Below are positions 54,688 through 64,000 of a stretch of 64,000 bases of DNA, piece by piece; the first letter of the stretch is position 1, and every line of letters starts with the position of its first letter. The notes under the pieces were generated by a model that worked only from the letters and a program-made list of their open reading frames with translations, was not told the DNA's origin and searched no databases. A program made the position numbers and the translations under genes. Source of the stretch: Micavibrio sp. (GTDB lineage: Bacteria > Pseudomonadota > Alphaproteobacteria > Micavibrionales > UBA2020); assembly GCA_040377425.1 (NCBI GenBank), contig JBEIOU010000002.1:145355-209354 (forward strand), written 5' to 3'.

Positions 54688-55599
54688 ATGGCCCAGAAAA
54701 AAACGACCGCAATGAAAAAATTCACCGGCTCTTATGTCGCGCTTGTCACCCCGTTCAAGAACGGCAAGGTGGATGTTGACGCGTTTCAAAAGCTTGTCGA
54801 GTGGCATATCGCCAGCGGGACGCATGGTCTGGTTCCTTGTGGTACAACGGGTGAAACACCGACCCTGACGGAAAGCGAACACAAATCCCTGATCGTGGCC
54901 TGTATCGAGGCTGCGGCCGGACGCGTGCCGGTGCTTGCCGGTGCCGGTTCGAACGCGACCGAAAAGGCCGTGGATTTGGGACGCTTTGCCGAAAAAAGCG
55001 GCGCAGATGGTATTCTAGTCGTAACGCCGTACTATAACAAGCCCACGCAAGAGGGCATGTTCCAGCATTACAAAGCCGTCAACGACGGGCAAGGTCTGCC
55101 GGTTATTTTGTATAACGTGCCGGGACGCACCGGTGTTGAAATTTCGGTTGATACCGTCATTCGTTTGGCGGCGCTGAAACGTGTGGTCGGCATCAAGGAT
55201 GCATCGGCGGATCTGTCGCGTCCGCTCCAAATCCGTCATGCGCTGGGCGATGGCTTTATTCAGCTGTCGGGCGAAGACGGCACGGTGGCGTCCTATCTGG
55301 CGCAGGGTGGCCATGGCTGCATTTCGGTAACCGCAAACGTCGCGCCGAAACTGTGCAGTGAACTGCACACGGCTTGGCAGAAAAAAGATTGGAAGAAATT
55401 TGAAAAAATTCGCGACCAGCTGCTGCCGCTGCATAAAACGCTGTTTGCTGAAACCAGCCCGTCGCCCGCGAAATATTGCCTGTCGCGCATGGGCAAAATC
55501 TCGCCTGATCTGCGTTTGCCGATGATCCCGGTATCCAAAGTCACGGAAAAGCTTTTGGACGGCGCTATGGCGGCAGCGGGTATCCGTCTGAAAAAATAA
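54688..55599 (+). CDS. dapA: 4-hydroxy-tetrahydrodipicolinate synthase
   Basis: GSYVALVTPF..., GTTGE and the active-site Lys region VGIKDAS. SD AAGGAG. Confidence 0.95.
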   Translation: MAQKKTTAMKKFTGSYVALVTPFKNGKVDVDAFQKLVEWHIASGTHGLVPCGTTGETPTLTESEHKSLIVACIEAAAGRVPVLAGAGSNATEKAVDLGRFAEKSGADGILVVTPYYNKPTQEGMFQHYKAVNDGQGLPVILYNVPGRTGVEISVDTVIRLAALKRVVGIKDASADLSRPLQIRHALGDGFIQLSGEDGTVASYLAQGGHGCISVTANVAPKLCSELHTAWQKKDWKKFEKIRDQLLPLHKTLFAETSPSPAKYCLSRMGKISPDLRLPMIPVSKVTEKLLDGAMAAAGIRLKK

Positions 55600-55608
55600 G
55601 AACGCACA

Positions 55609-56103
55609 ATGTCTGGCAAAAACAAAAATACCGGCAAGTCCGATCCGAATAACAAAACCGTGGCGCAGAACCGCCGCGCCCGTTTTGATTATTTCATCGA
55701 AGACGTGGTTGAGGCGGGTATCATGCTGACGGGGACGGAGGTTAAATCCCTCCGCCTTGGTCAGGCCAGCGTGGGTGAAAGTTATGCATCTGTGAATGGC
55801 AGCGAGATTTACCTCGTGAACGCCTATATCCCCGAATACAACAAGGCACATGTCAAAATGCAGCACGATGTGCGCCGCCCGCGCAAACTGTTGCTGCATA
55901 AAAACCAGCTGAATAAAATGATCGGCGCGGTAAACCGCAAGGGCACAACGCTGATTCCGCTGTCGATTTATTTTAACGACCGCGGCATCGCCAAGGTTGA
56001 ACTGGGTATTGCAACGGGTAAAAAGCAGCACGATAAGCGCGAGACCGAAAAGAAACGCGATTGGCAGCGCGAAAAATCACGTGTAATGCGCGAGCGCGGC
56101 TAA
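55609..56103 (+). CDS. smpB: SsrA-binding protein
   Basis: [29 protein letters not shown] and the basic C-terminal tail. Confidence 0.95.
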   Translation: MSGKNKNTGKSDPNNKTVAQNRRARFDYFIEDVVEAGIMLTGTEVKSLRLGQASVGESYASVNGSEIYLVNAYIPEYNKAHVKMQHDVRRPRKLLLHKNQLNKMIGAVNRKGTTLIPLSIYFNDRGIAKVELGIATGKKQHDKRETEKKRDWQREKSRVMRERG

Positions 56104-56130
56104 GCGCTGCGGGCATGTAAGTTCACAAGA

Positions 56131-56161
56131 AAAAGGAGCATCCGCTGGAGGGCTCCTTTTT
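56131..56161. terminator. bidirectional intrinsic terminator
   Basis: AAAAGGAGC-loop-GCTCCTTTTT between convergent smpB and the ORFan operon. Confidence 0.65.
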
Positions 56162-56169
56162 CATTCGGC

Positions 56170-56553
56170 TTAATATTTCAGAAAACGGGCGGGCGGAAAG
56201 CTTGGCATTTGCGGCACATAGGGCGGCTCTTGCGGCGCAGCCCATTTTAGTGTGGCTTCGATTGCACTTTCGCTTTCGCGGGACATCACCTCACGGTTGC
56301 GGAGCCTCTCTTCGCTCGATTGTGCGTTTTGAATATCGCGCGCCATTTTCTCGGCCGTGGTTTTGCGGTCTTTAGCGGCAGGTGTCCACAAAGGGTCCGC
56401 ATTAAAATCATCCGCGGGGGCGGGACGTGCAGATGTAATGCTCACCGATGTCCATGTGCTGCTGCTGGTCACGTGTACAGACGATGCGCCGTTTGTGTAA
56501 ATCGATACACGGCCGGCAGCACTGTTGAACGTGTGGGAAATTTTTCGTGCCAT
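56170..56553 (-). CDS. hypothetical protein (127 aa)
   Basis: ATG with SD AAGGG overlapping the upstream stop. Ser/Thr-rich N-terminus, charged helix, Pro-rich C-terminus. No recognisable domain. Confidence 0.55.
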   Translation of the reverse strand: MARKISHTFNSAAGRVSIYTNGASSVHVTSSSTWTSVSITSARPAPADDFNADPLWTPAAKDRKTTAEKMARDIQNAQSSEERLRNREVMSRESESAIEATLKWAAPQEPPYVPQMPSFPPARFLKY

Positions 56554-56563
56554 TGCGACGCCC

Positions 56564-56926
56564 TTAACTGCAGGGATCGAATGTCATATCGCCGCATTTT
56601 TTACAAATACGCTTTTGCGGCGCGCTTGCGGCTTCGATACGCAGACGTTCGGTCTCGGCCTTGGCGGCTTCTTCTGCGGCGACTGCTTGTATACGGGCGA
56701 CATTTTCAGCCTGTGCCGTGCGGCCAATCGCATCGCTTACGCTGTTAAAGCTGCGTACGAAATGCGATGCTGTATGCCAAAAACCGTCTTTGCCCATGTG
56801 TGCCTGAAGCTGCAAAAATTGAATAAGGGCTGCATTATGATAACTTGACGATGCGATGTCAAGCCGCATGCCCGTGCGTAATTTATCTTTTTTTATAATG
56901 ACTTGGATTGTTTTTGAATTAATCAA
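56564..56926 (-). CDS. hypothetical protein (up to 120 aa) ending in CKKCGDMTFDPC
   Basis: The track start is TTG, overlapping the upstream gene by 8 nt. An alternative ATG lies at 56869. Coiled-coil region followed by a Cys-x2-Cys...Cys tail. Confidence 0.5.
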   Translation of the reverse strand: MINSKTIQVIIKKDKLRTGMRLDIASSSYHNAALIQFLQLQAHMGKDGFWHTASHFVRSFNSVSDAIGRTAQAENVARIQAVAAEEAAKAETERLRIEAASAPQKRICKKCGDMTFDPCS

Positions 56927-57188
56927 AACGGATCCACCCCGTGCGGCCGTCGCGGGCGCGGCTGTAGCTGACAGGGCGCAGGGCGTAGTGATCGCCGCGT
57001 TCGCGCATTTCGGCTACTTTTGATTCCATGTCGCGCTGCGTGTTGAGATGTTCACGGTAAAGCGCGGGGGTAATGATTTGCGCATCATGCTGGGGCGTCA
57101 CCCAGAACGCATCGCGCTTGTCAGCGGGCACTTCGGGCAGCGGTTGGCGGTTCAGCAGCGCCAGATGGTTAAACATGATCATCATCAT
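56919..57188 (-). CDS. hypothetical protein (89 aa)
   Basis: ATG cluster at 57174-57188 behind SD AGGAAA. No recognisable domain. Confidence 0.5.
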   Translation of the reverse strand: MMMIMFNHLALLNRQPLPEVPADKRDAFWVTPQHDAQIITPALYREHLNTQRDMESKVAEMRERGDHYALRPVSYSRARDGRTGWIRFD

Positions 57189-57314
57189 CGCGTTTGTTTC
57201 CTGGCGTTTCGTTCCTGCCTAGCGGGGCGGTTTGTGAATGAATTGAATGAGCCGGAGTATACAGAATATGCACCCGTCCGGCAAGGCCGCGCCAAGCCCC
57301 CGAAATTGCACAAG

Positions 57315-57344
57315 AAAAAAGACCGGCCAGGGAAGGGGCCGGTC
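57315..57344 (-). terminator. intrinsic terminator downstream of recA
   Basis: The minus strand reads GACCGGCC-CCTTCCCT-GGCCGGTC followed by TTTTTT. Confidence 0.8.
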
Positions 57345-57392
57345 TTTTCTCAGGGTACAAAGAGAAAGTGTAAAGCGGGGGCTTTCCGGGGT

Positions 57393-58529
57393 TTATTCGG
57401 ATGCTTTCTCTTTGCGGGATTTGGTTGCGGCAACTGGTGCGTCATCTTCGACGCTACCTTCGCTGCTGTCTTCGTCGTTTTCGGGACCGGACAGCATAGC
57501 GCCCGTGACCAGACCCGCGTTTTCAAAAATCTTGCGCTCGATCTTCGCCATTGTTTCCGGATTTTCTTTCAGGAACTTGCGGGCGTTTTCACGGCCTTGG
57601 CCAATACGCTCGCCATCAAAGGCAAACCATGCGCCGGATTTCTCGACGATACCGGCATTCACGCCGAGGTCGAGAATTTCACCCGTACGCGAAATACCTT
57701 CGCCGTACATGATGTCGAATTCAACCTGACGGAAGGGAGGCGCCATTTTGTTTTTGACGACTTTCACGCGGGTATGGTTACCAACGATGGTTTCTTTATC
57801 CTTCAGCGCGCCAATGCGGCGAATGTCCAGACGAACGGATGCGTAGAACTTCAGCGCGTTACCGCCCGTCGTCGTTTCGGGGTTACCAAACATGACGCCG
57901 ATTTTCATACGGATCTGGTTGATGAAGATGACAACCGTGCGCGATTTCGAAATAGAACCTGTTAGTTTGCGCAGTGCCTGGCTCATCAGGCGCGCTTGCA
58001 GACCCATGTGGCTATCGCCCATTTCGCCTTCCAGTTCGGCTTTCGGCACCAGTGCGGCGACAGAGTCGACGACCAGTACATCCAGCGCGCCGGAGCGTAC
58101 CAGCGTATCGGCGATTTCAAGCGCCTGTTCACCGGCATCGGGCTGTGCGATCAGCAAATTTTCAATGTCGCAGCCCAGTTTACCTGCGTAAGAGGGATCG
58201 AGCGCGTGTTCCGCGTCGATGATGGCGCATTGGCCGCCAGCTTTTTGCGCCGCTGCGATGACTTGCAGCGCGAGGGTGGTTTTACCCGAGCTTTCCGGTC
58301 CATAAATTTCGATGATACGGCCGCGGGGCAGGCCGCCGATGCCGAGGGCCATATCAAGGCCGAGAGAGCCGGTCGAGATGACTTCGACTTCTTGCTTGGC
58401 ATCGCTGCCCAGCTTCATGATGGAGCCTTTGCCAAAGGCGCGTTCGATCTGGCTTAGCGCTGCATCGAGCGCTTTTTGTTTTTCAGCTGCGTTCATTTCT
58501 GTACCCTGACGGAGTGCGGTGACGGACAT
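57393..58529 (-). CDS. recA: recombinase RecA
   Basis: [23 protein letters not shown] and [12 protein letters not shown] Walker A. Start set at the ATG at 58529, behind SD AAGGGA. Confidence 0.97.
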   Translation of the reverse strand: MSVTALRQGTEMNAAEKQKALDAALSQIERAFGKGSIMKLGSDAKQEVEVISTGSLGLDMALGIGGLPRGRIIEIYGPESSGKTTLALQVIAAAQKAGGQCAIIDAEHALDPSYAGKLGCDIENLLIAQPDAGEQALEIADTLVRSGALDVLVVDSVAALVPKAELEGEMGDSHMGLQARLMSQALRKLTGSISKSRTVVIFINQIRMKIGVMFGNPETTTGGNALKFYASVRLDIRRIGALKDKETIVGNHTRVKVVKNKMAPPFRQVEFDIMYGEGISRTGEILDLGVNAGIVEKSGAWFAFDGERIGQGRENARKFLKENPETMAKIERKIFENAGLVTGAMLSGPENDEDSSEGSVEDDAPVAATKSRKEKASE

Positions 58530-58592
58530 GTTGTGATTTCCCTTTGTTGTCCCATGTGATGACCGGAAGATCAATTCCGAATCTCTTGTTCT

Positions 58593-58620
58593 ATTGTACG
58601 CAATTTGTTCACAACCGCAA
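58593..58620 (-). promoter_or_regulatory. putative recA promoter
   Basis: The minus strand reads TTGCGG, 16 nt, TACAAT, about 65-90 nt upstream of the recA start. Confidence 0.4.
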
Positions 58621-58630
58621 GAACAAAAGA

Positions 58631-58645
58631 GAACAAGAAAGGAAC
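58631..58645. promoter_or_regulatory. alphaproteobacterial-type SOS box candidate (GAAC-N7-GAAC)
   Basis: GAACAAGAAAGGAAC. Further GAAC/GTTC tetramers at 58588, 58607 and 58621 form nested inverted repeats around the recA promoter. Confidence 0.4.
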
Positions 58646-58755
58646 ATTTTAAGAATATACATAAAAAAAGAACGCCGTATCCCCTGTTGCCAGCAGGGGC
58701 AAAGATGGATAGCGTCTTTGTACATATCTATACATTTATGAACGGAGGCATCCCC

Positions 58756-59343
58756 ATGGCACCGCAAGATACCGCAAAACCGGGCAAGCTTTGGTACGGC
58801 TATCAATACACCGCCGCGTTTTTCAAAGCGTGCTTTCAGTATCCGAACAAAGACAGTGCCAAGCAGGGCGCAAAGAATACAGCGATTGGTCTTGGCACGC
58901 TGTATGTCGGGCATATGATTGCCGCACCGCTGCTGGCGGGCGTGGCGGGGGCTTTCCTGCCGCTGGTGGTATCGCTGGCATCGTCGGTTGTGGGTATTCA
59001 TTTCGGCATCAAGGCGTTTCAGGATTTCCGCCATGTCGCCAAAAGCGCAAATGTATATGGCGAAGTATACCGCGCCGAAAATAAACGCCGTGATACGCTG
59101 GCCAAGGGCGGCCTGTTCAAACGTCTGGGCGCCGCATTCAGACAAGCGGTAACGCCAAAGCCTGTGCAGCCCGATACGCGCCCCCGCACGCAAGGGCCGA
59201 TCAGCAAAGGCGTTGTATTCGAAGGCCGCGATAACAGTGTTGATTTTAATGATAGCGCGGTACCGCCGCAAACGCCGCCTGCGAATAACAACAAATCGTC
59301 TGCCGCGCCCAAGAAAAACGGTAGCGCCCCGAAAGGGCCGTAA
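58756..59343 (+). CDS. hypothetical membrane protein (195 aa) with paired TM helices and a disordered Pro-rich tail
   Basis: ATG at 58756, 7 nt after GGAGG. Hydrophobic hairpin AIGLGTLYVGHMIAAPLLAGVAGAFLPLVVSLASSVVGIHFGI. Confidence 0.6.
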   Translation: MAPQDTAKPGKLWYGYQYTAAFFKACFQYPNKDSAKQGAKNTAIGLGTLYVGHMIAAPLLAGVAGAFLPLVVSLASSVVGIHFGIKAFQDFRHVAKSANVYGEVYRAENKRRDTLAKGGLFKRLGAAFRQAVTPKPVQPDTRPRTQGPISKGVVFEGRDNSVDFNDSAVPPQTPPANNNKSSAAPKKNGSAPKGP

Positions 59344-59376
59344 ATAAAGATTGCGAGTCTTTTTGATAAATAAAAG

Positions 59377-59412
59377 CCGCGCGGGTGGTGCAATACTACC
59401 GCGCGGTTTTTT
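59377..59412 (+). terminator. intrinsic terminator
   Basis: CCGCGCGG-loop-CCGCGCGG followed by TTTTTT. Confidence 0.75.
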
Positions 59413-59625
59413 CATGCAAAAAAATAAATGCCAAATAGTTAATGCGTAGTCATTTGAAGTTACAGGATTTGCGCTGTAATAAAATGACTCTGCGGTCATT
59501 CGCACGCGGCGCACGTTGACATAAATTGAAAGCGGGCGTAAAGACTCTGTTCACCTGTCATCAAGACTGCGGGATAAAGTGGCGCGGCTGCTTTCCTGTA
59601 CATCCTTCGCAAGAGGTCCCAAAAG

Positions 59626-60099
59626 ATGGAACAGATGAATAACCAGCGTGGCTTTGACCGCAAGTCCTACGAAAAAATTTATGGCGAAATGACCCGTGTG
59701 AAAGCATACGGCAGCGTTGCGCTGTTGTGCGCATCGGTTGCGATGTGCGTGGTTGAGCCGATCTTCCTCGGCTTTGTTGCCTTCCCTGTTTTCATGGGCA
59801 TCATTGCACCGGGCGGTATGAAAGACCTGAAACGCGAATTCTCGAAAGAGGGATATTTCCTGCGCGATGCCGTTGCATCGATCGGTAAAGATATCCTCGG
59901 TCTTGGCCGTTTCTGGAACCGCAAACAAACGGTAGCGGCTGTACAGCAGCCTGCGCAAGAAGCTAGCGATCTGGCATCCAAAACCAGCCGCCCCGATTTC
60001 GTGCGCGGCGCAGATGTATCGCCTGCACCCATCGCCGATAACACTGTTGCACCTGCCAACAGCAACGCGGCCTCTACGGCACGTAAAAACGTCGCCTGA
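59626..60099 (+). CDS. hypothetical membrane protein (157 aa) with paired TM helices and a disordered tail
   Basis: ATG behind AGAGG. Hydrophobic hairpin GSVALLCASVAMCVVEPIFLGFVAFPVFMGIIAPGG. Confidence 0.6.
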   Translation: MEQMNNQRGFDRKSYEKIYGEMTRVKAYGSVALLCASVAMCVVEPIFLGFVAFPVFMGIIAPGGMKDLKREFSKEGYFLRDAVASIGKDILGLGRFWNRKQTVAAVQQPAQEASDLASKTSRPDFVRGADVSPAPIADNTVAPANSNAASTARKNVA

Positions 60100-60145
60100 T
60101 TTTTTCCCCGGAACATTCCAAAGTCCATCGGCAGTGCGCAGTTGA

Positions 60146-62659
60146 CTACTGCGCGCTGTCGATGACTTCTTTGACCTTGGTCGCCAGCTGTTTCAGCGTG
60201 AAGGGCTTGGGCAGGAACCATACATCCGCGCCCAGATGCTCTTTGAATTTGTCTTCGGCATAGCCGGAGATAAAAATGATTTTGATCTGCGGGTATTTTT
60301 CTTTGACCTGCTTGGCGAGTGTCGTGCCATCCATCTCTGGCATCATCACGTCAGTCACCAGAATTTCGGGCACGATCTTGCTTTCTTCCAGCAGCTTGAG
60401 CGCGGCGATCCCGCCGGGCGCATCCAGCACCTGATAGCCTTTGTTCGACAAAGCCCGTGCACTGAACGTGCGCACCGCGTCTTCGTCTTCGACGAGAAGA
60501 ATACGGGCAGAACCGGTCAGATCGCTGGCCGATTGCTTTTCTTCTACGGCTTCCACTTTCTGCGCACCAGCGGCTTCGGTGAAGCGGGGCAGGTAGATGG
60601 TAAAGGCCGTGCCCTTGCCCAGATGGCTGCTGACGGAAATATAGCCGCCCGTCTGGTGGATAATCCCGTGTACGGTGGCAAGGCCAAGCCCCGTGCCCGC
60701 ACCCACGTCTTTGGTCGAGAAGAACGGCTCGAAAATCCGCGGCAGAATATCGGGCGAGATGCCTGTACCGGTGTCTTCGACCGTAATCGTCACCCATTCG
60801 CCCACGGGCAGAATATCGTCGTTTGACAGGCGCAGGTCGTGCTTGTTGGACAGGTTCTGCGTCTTCACCTTGACCTTGCCGCCCTGTGGCATGGCGTCGC
60901 GGGCGTTGACGACAAGGTTGATGAGAACTTGATCCATCTGCCCCTGATCGGCCTTGATCAGGCCAAGGTCGCTGCCATGCGTCAGATCAAGTTCAATATT
61001 CGCGCCAATCAAACGGCGCATCAGATGGGACAGCTCGCTCAGCACGTCTGTCATATCCAGCACGCGCGGCTGCAACGTTTGCTGGCGGGAGAAGGCCAGC
61101 AGCTGCCGCACAAGGTTCGCCGCACGGTTCGCGTTCTGTTTGATCTGCATGATGTCGGCAAAAGACGGATCGCCCGGTTTGTGACGCAGCAGCAGCAGAT
61201 CGCAAAAACCGATCATGGCCGTGAGCAGGTTGTTAAAGTCGTGCGCGATACCGCCCGCCAGCTGGCCGATGGCCTGCATCTTTTGCGACTGGGTGAATTG
61301 TTTTTCCAGGTTCTTCTGGTCGGTCAAATCGATGAAGTGCAAAACGAAGCTGTCGCCCGATTTGAATTTACGGGCATAAACCTGCGCCACAATTTCAATC
61401 GATCCGCGCAGCGGAATTTCGATGAACGATTCAGCGCGGATGCCGCGTGACAGATTTTTGAGCCACTCTTCGGCGCGTCCCTGCGCATCGACATCGACGA
61501 AGTGCAGAAGCGGCTTGCCGTTCAGCGCGTTTACGGGCAGCTTCATCATCGCGGCCAGTGTCTGGTTGCAATCGCTGATAATACCGGCCGCGTTGAGCAG
61601 GCAGATGCCCACCGGCGCCTCTTCGAACAGGCGCTCGAACCGGTCTTCGGATTCACGTAGCGCCTGCTGCATTTTCTGTTCCGTCGTCAGGTCATAGACG
61701 ATGGAGCGGGAAATAACGCCCCCGTCTTCGCCGCGCGTAATCGAATGCGTGATCGCGGATTTAAAGACGCGGCCGCCGGCGCCTTTCATCAAAAGCTCCC
61801 CATGTTGATGATACCCGCCTTCTTCAAAGCAGTCATACGGACGGCCCTTGGTGGGCGGGGCGACAAGGAAATCGTGCAGCTTCAGCTTGCCGATCAGTGT
61901 TTTTTCATCGGTGCCGAACAGGCGCAGCAGGGTATCGTTGGCAAAACGGAATTTGCCGTCTTCGTCGACGGTGAAAAACCCCACGGGGGCGTTATCGGTA
62001 AAGTCGCGCAGTTTTTCGCGCTCTTCGCGGATGGCGGATTCCATGTGGTGGCGGTGGGTAATGTCGTCAAAACGCCACTGCACGTAACCGTCCCAGCCCA
62101 CGATATGCTGGCAGGTGACTTGAAACCACGTTTGTTTGCCGCGGATGCGCGTTTGTATTTCGGCGGAGGCAGAGCCCGCAGGCGCGGCCTTGGTCTGCAA
62201 ATCATGCAGCAGTTTTTCGATCTTGCCCGAATGTTCGAACAGGCGGGTGAAGGCATGCAGGTCACGTGTGCCCAGCCCCTCGACCAGTTTGTTGAACCGT
62301 TCGTTGGAATAAATAGTTTCGTTATCGGGGCTGGTGATGATGCGGGCTTCGGCGCTTTTCTCCAAAACCTCGGTCAATATCTGGCGGCTCCGGTCGACCT
62401 TGGTGTACAGCTTGTTGAACAGCACAAAGCAAACACCGCCCAAAAGGCCATACATGTAAATCGCGAACATGGACATATGGACGCTGCCATATGCCTGAAT
62501 ATAGAACACCAGCAAAATAACAAAACCGTACGCAGCGCTGGTGACGAACAGCATAATGCTTTTCCATTTGCGCTTGGCGGCTTCTTGCTGGCGCGAAGGG
62601 GGCTCGGGCCGTTTTTCAAGAAAAAATCCGCTATGTTCGGGTTGCGGGGCGCTGGTCAC
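60146..62659 (-). CDS. PAS-domain hybrid sensor histidine kinase/response regulator (CckA-like)
   Basis: Two N-terminal TM helices, PAS repeats, H-box [11 protein letters not shown], HATPase N/G boxes, and a C-terminal receiver (LLVEDED...[11 protein letters not shown]). Start set at the GTG at 62659 behind GGGAGAG; alternatives are 62749 and 62554. Confidence 0.9.
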   Translation of the reverse strand: MTSAPQPEHSGFFLEKRPEPPSRQQEAAKRKWKSIMLFVTSAAYGFVILLVFYIQAYGSVHMSMFAIYMYGLLGGVCFVLFNKLYTKVDRSRQILTEVLEKSAEARIITSPDNETIYSNERFNKLVEGLGTRDLHAFTRLFEHSGKIEKLLHDLQTKAAPAGSASAEIQTRIRGKQTWFQVTCQHIVGWDGYVQWRFDDITHRHHMESAIREEREKLRDFTDNAPVGFFTVDEDGKFRFANDTLLRLFGTDEKTLIGKLKLHDFLVAPPTKGRPYDCFEEGGYHQHGELLMKGAGGRVFKSAITHSITRGEDGGVISRSIVYDLTTEQKMQQALRESEDRFERLFEEAPVGICLLNAAGIISDCNQTLAAMMKLPVNALNGKPLLHFVDVDAQGRAEEWLKNLSRGIRAESFIEIPLRGSIEIVAQVYARKFKSGDSFVLHFIDLTDQKNLEKQFTQSQKMQAIGQLAGGIAHDFNNLLTAMIGFCDLLLLRHKPGDPSFADIMQIKQNANRAANLVRQLLAFSRQQTLQPRVLDMTDVLSELSHLMRRLIGANIELDLTHGSDLGLIKADQGQMDQVLINLVVNARDAMPQGGKVKVKTQNLSNKHDLRLSNDDILPVGEWVTITVEDTGTGISPDILPRIFEPFFSTKDVGAGTGLGLATVHGIIHQTGGYISVSSHLGKGTAFTIYLPRFTEAAGAQKVEAVEEKQSASDLTGSARILLVEDEDAVRTFSARALSNKGYQVLDAPGGIAALKLLEESKIVPEILVTDVMMPEMDGTTLAKQVKEKYPQIKIIFISGYAEDKFKEHLGADVWFLPKPFTLKQLATKVKEVIDSAQ

Positions 62660-62788
62660 GTGGCGTCTCTCCCATGGGTGGTGTGGTCGCAAGGATGGCG
62701 TTGATATTTTATAACATCCGAAGGTTAAAAATCCACCGCACAAAGGCACGGAAATAGCGGCGGATGTGCCGGATATGCAAAAGGAATA

Positions 62789-63868
62789 TTACAGTTTGCG
62801 GCCTTTGAGGCGGAAGACGTAGGAAATCACCTCTGCCACGGCTTTGAAATGATCGGGCGGGATCATCTGGCCGATGTCCATGCTGTCAAACAGGGCACGG
62901 GCCAGCGGCGGGTTTTCGACCACGGGCACTTTATGTTCCCGCGCCAGCTCGCGGATACGGGCGGCAACCTCGTCGGCGCCTTTGGCCACCATTTGCGGTG
63001 CATCCATGTTAAGCGAGTCGTATTTCAGCGCAACCGCAAAGTGCGTCGGGTTGGTGATGATGACGTCTGCTTCAGGGACGGCCTGCATCATACGCTGGCG
63101 TGCTTTTTGTTCGCGCAGCTGGCGCAGCTTGCCTTTGATATGCGGGTCACCTTCGGTCTGTTTGAATTCGTCTTTGATTTCTTGCTTGCTCATCATCATT
63201 TTTTGCATGAAATCGTGGCGCTGATACAGATAATCCAGAATGGCGACCACAAACAGAATGCTCAGCGCGACGGCCATGACACGAATAAACAGCATGCGCA
63301 GATCGAACATGCCATCCAGAAACGTCTGGTCCATCAGGTGTTCGATGCCGTCGAAATAGGGGTACAGCACCATCAGGCAGGCAGAAAACACAATAACCAG
63401 TTTAATCAGGCCTTTGATGAATTCGACGATAGATCGCATCGAAAACAAACGGCCGAAGCCTTTGATGATCGATATTTTGGACAGGGACGGTTTCATCGGC
63501 TCCGCCGTAATCAGTGGGCCGGTCTGGGCAAAGCCGGAGAAAAAGGCCGTGACCAGCAGCGCCAGCATCGGCAGCGCCATAATGCCGCCCACATCGACCA
63601 GCAAATCGACGAGTACGTGTTTCAAGCCGTTGGGGTCTGTGGGCAGGGCATGTGCCTGTTCGATAAATATTTTCAGCCTGTCCATCAGCGCGCGGCAAAT
63701 GCCGGGGCTGGCCATGCCAATAATCAGTGTGCCTGTGAACAGCATCAGCCAGTTGGTGATTTCGCGGCTTTGAATAACCTGCCCGCGTTTTCGGGCTTCC
63801 TCCAGCTTTCGGGCTGTGGGTTCTTCTGTCTTCTGGCTCTTGTCTGTACTGTCTTCGCCTTCAGCCAT
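62789..63868 (-). CDS. flhB: flagellar biosynthesis protein FlhB
   Basis: MAEGEDSTDKSQKTEEPTARKLEEARKRGQV N-terminus, four TM segments, NPTH autocleavage site (ITNPTHFAVAL). SD AGGGAGGG. Confidence 0.95.
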   Translation of the reverse strand: MAEGEDSTDKSQKTEEPTARKLEEARKRGQVIQSREITNWLMLFTGTLIIGMASPGICRALMDRLKIFIEQAHALPTDPNGLKHVLVDLLVDVGGIMALPMLALLVTAFFSGFAQTGPLITAEPMKPSLSKISIIKGFGRLFSMRSIVEFIKGLIKLVIVFSACLMVLYPYFDGIEHLMDQTFLDGMFDLRMLFIRVMAVALSILFVVAILDYLYQRHDFMQKMMMSKQEIKDEFKQTEGDPHIKGKLRQLREQKARQRMMQAVPEADVIITNPTHFAVALKYDSLNMDAPQMVAKGADEVAARIRELAREHKVPVVENPPLARALFDSMDIGQMIPPDHFKAVAEVISYVFRLKGRKL

Positions 63869-63881
63869 GCCGTGCCCTCCC

Positions 63882-64000
63882 TTATAGGCCCAGCAGGCTG
63901 GAAATCGTGCCTGCATAGGTGTTAAGCCAGAACAGCATGCCCGCCGACAGAACCATCGTCAGAATAATCAGGCCAATCAAAATCTGGATAGGCAGGGCAA
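63882..64000 (-). CDS. fliR: flagellar biosynthesis protein FliR, C-terminal end (partial, runs off window end)
   Basis: The frame reads ...ALPIQILIGLIILTMVLSAGMLFWLNTYAGTISSLLGL* with its stop 13 nt before flhB, giving the typical fliR-flhB order. Confidence 0.75.
   Translation of the reverse strand, partial: ALPIQILIGLIILTMVLSAGMLFWLNTYAGTISSLLGL

Noticed and set aside
54670-54882. 5' extension of the slt ORF.
   Set aside because: It overlaps dapA on the opposite strand. The signal peptide follows the ATG at 54669.
55015-56031. 338-aa minus-strand ORF antisense to dapA and smpB.
   Set aside because: It spans two well-supported genes and their intergenic gap. The composition is that of a shadow frame.
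1-64000. Search by eye for CRISPR arrays, IS elements, integrases, prophage genes and known defence-system ATPases or nucleases.
   Set aside because: I found none. The only direct repeat is the 2 x 19-nt duplication at 52646-52684. No regularly spaced repeats or transposase- or recombinase-like ORFs were seen.

Overview
GC-rich chromosomal segment whose gene order looks alphaproteobacterial: DUF4164-zapA-(6S RNA slot)-5-FTHF cyclo-ligase, pcm-tolC-DUF2497/PopZ, glnE, tyrS, lepA, pgi, an M16 peptidase pair, rsmB-rpe-heparinase II/III-like, rlmE-guaB-like, a DUF58/DUF4159 Bat-like cluster, slt/dapA-smpB, recA, a CckA-like hybrid kinase and fliR-flhB. I support about 60 protein genes, 3 tRNAs (Pro-UGG, Asn-GUU, Cys-GCA) and several intrinsic terminators. 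I saw no rRNA, CRISPR array, integrase, transposase or phage gene. The ORF track shows GTG/TTG starts as M, and several ORFs are over-extended at the 5' end; I re-set those starts from SD sequences, signal peptides and neighbouring genes. Most long ORFs antisense to the annotated genes look like high-GC shadow frames. Lineage-specific content sits in a few patches: 1-2102, 7678-10975 (bounded by tRNAs), 39565-41062, 56170-57188 and 58756-60099. The strongest candidate for an undescribed system is 39565-41062. It encodes a signal-peptide-less protein-glutaminase (Cys-His-Asp deamidase) homolog, translationally coupled to a 68-aa ORF and a two-TM membrane protein. It sits behind a canonical CtrA box (TTAA-N7-TTAAC) and an extended -10 placed for a leaderless transcript. 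Other candidates are an RsbW-REC-PP2C fusion with a STAS partner (permuted HsbR/CrsR-like partner switch), a catalytically degenerate IMPDH homolog in the guaB position, an HEXXH ORFan pair, a three-repeat ORFan protein, and a C-terminal QKPPAP peptide shared by two unrelated enzymes. All functional calls come from motif recognition by eye. No database search or RNA folding was run.
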